DNA of 64,000 nt from Chara braunii (lineage: Eukaryota > Plantae > Charophyceae): contig BFEA01000017.1 of the NCBI GenBank assembly GCA_003427395.1, positions 58,791-122,790 of the forward strand. Direction: 5' to 3'. Each line of letters begins with the position of its first letter. The first letter of the stretch is position 1. Shown one piece after another: positions 63,206-64,000 of the stretch. The notes beneath the pieces are model-generated. The model saw only the letters and a program-made list of their open reading frames with translations. It made no database searches and was not told the DNA's origin. The position numbers were made by a program, and so were the translations under genes.

Positions 63206-64000
63206 AACAGTAGACGACGATGGCAGCAGACGGAAGACAACGCGGGCGCCAACATAACAGCAAAGTACAGTGCTGCAAACGGCCCGTTCCAACAAACGGA
63301 AGGTGTCGTCTTTGGTCACGAACGGCAGTGCGTTGTTGGGAGAGACAGTGCGGCCTGAAATATTCGTATCTGCCGACCGTTGGGAGAATTCCCGCGGCGT
63401 GCCAAACGCGACGACGCGAGACGGCACCTTCTGGACGTAGGGGATGCAGGTAGGCCGCAAACGGTAGCCGTTGGTGATGAACCCCATGAAGCCGAACGTT
63501 GGCGACCCAACATGTCCGTGGAGACGCAGGCAGGACCACCGATGGACCAGACGGGATCGAAAAATGTCGTCGAGGGAGCTGCCGTCAACACCCCGATTCT
63601 TCCGGATGCTCGACCTCCAAGGGACCTCGGGAGGTCCCTTGGGGAAATCGCCAAAATGGCTGTAGCCCCGAGGAGTCCCCGAGGAATCCCCGAGGAAATG
63701 TTTTCACATTTTCTTTTCCGAATCTTCCCCGAGGATGAGTGGAACGACGATTTCCTTGGGGAATTTCGGGCCCCGAGGACTGTCGAACGAGCCCCAACAT
63801 CTCAAGGCCGGGCCGTGCTAAAAAAAAAAGAAGAAAGAAAGGTGAAAAACAAAAAGCAATCACCTCTGGTAGTGGGACGAGGGCCCTGAGGATAAGTCTG
63901 CTGATGGCTGATGTTTTGTTCTAGGGTGATGGAGTCCGAAAATACATTTGATCATTGCATTTTCTCGGGTTAAAAAAAAAAAAAAAAAAAGGCTTTTTTG

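Larger units (their letters stand above)
61821..63795. mobile_element. Internally deleted PIF/Harbinger DNA transposon
   Basis: 25-bp TIRs GGGGCTCGTTCGACA(C/G)TCCT(T/C)GGGG (23/25). Exact 3-bp TSD AAC. CCCCGAGG subterminal repeats. Convergent remnants of two ORFs. Confidence 0.88.

Overview
Eukaryotic, gapped, transposon-saturated nuclear DNA. The transposon protein signatures resemble those I recall from the charophyte alga Chara, but this is an inference from memory and was not searched. The only clearly recognisable host-gene piece is the terminal exon of a temperature-induced lipocalin (TIL, 28097-28285). Mobile elements: three decayed L1/Tx1-type LINEs; a decayed Penelope-like RT element; four Ty3/gypsy LTR relics (two solo LTRs, one gap-truncated LTR, one internally deleted chromovirus-like element); an internally deleted PIF/Harbinger element with intact TIRs and TSD; hAT- and MULE-type non-autonomous elements. 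There is also a ~70-bp plastid-like 23S rRNA fragment. The most unusual signal is a locally amplified family (about 7 copies, both orientations) of an intron-containing, now broken gene encoding tandem ~64-aa RING-like Cys/His repeats. Other leads are a possible Nudix-like extra domain in a LINE ORF1 and a G-rich satellite bracketed by exact 29-bp direct repeats. No prokaryotic operon or CRISPR array is present. All comparisons were made by eye.
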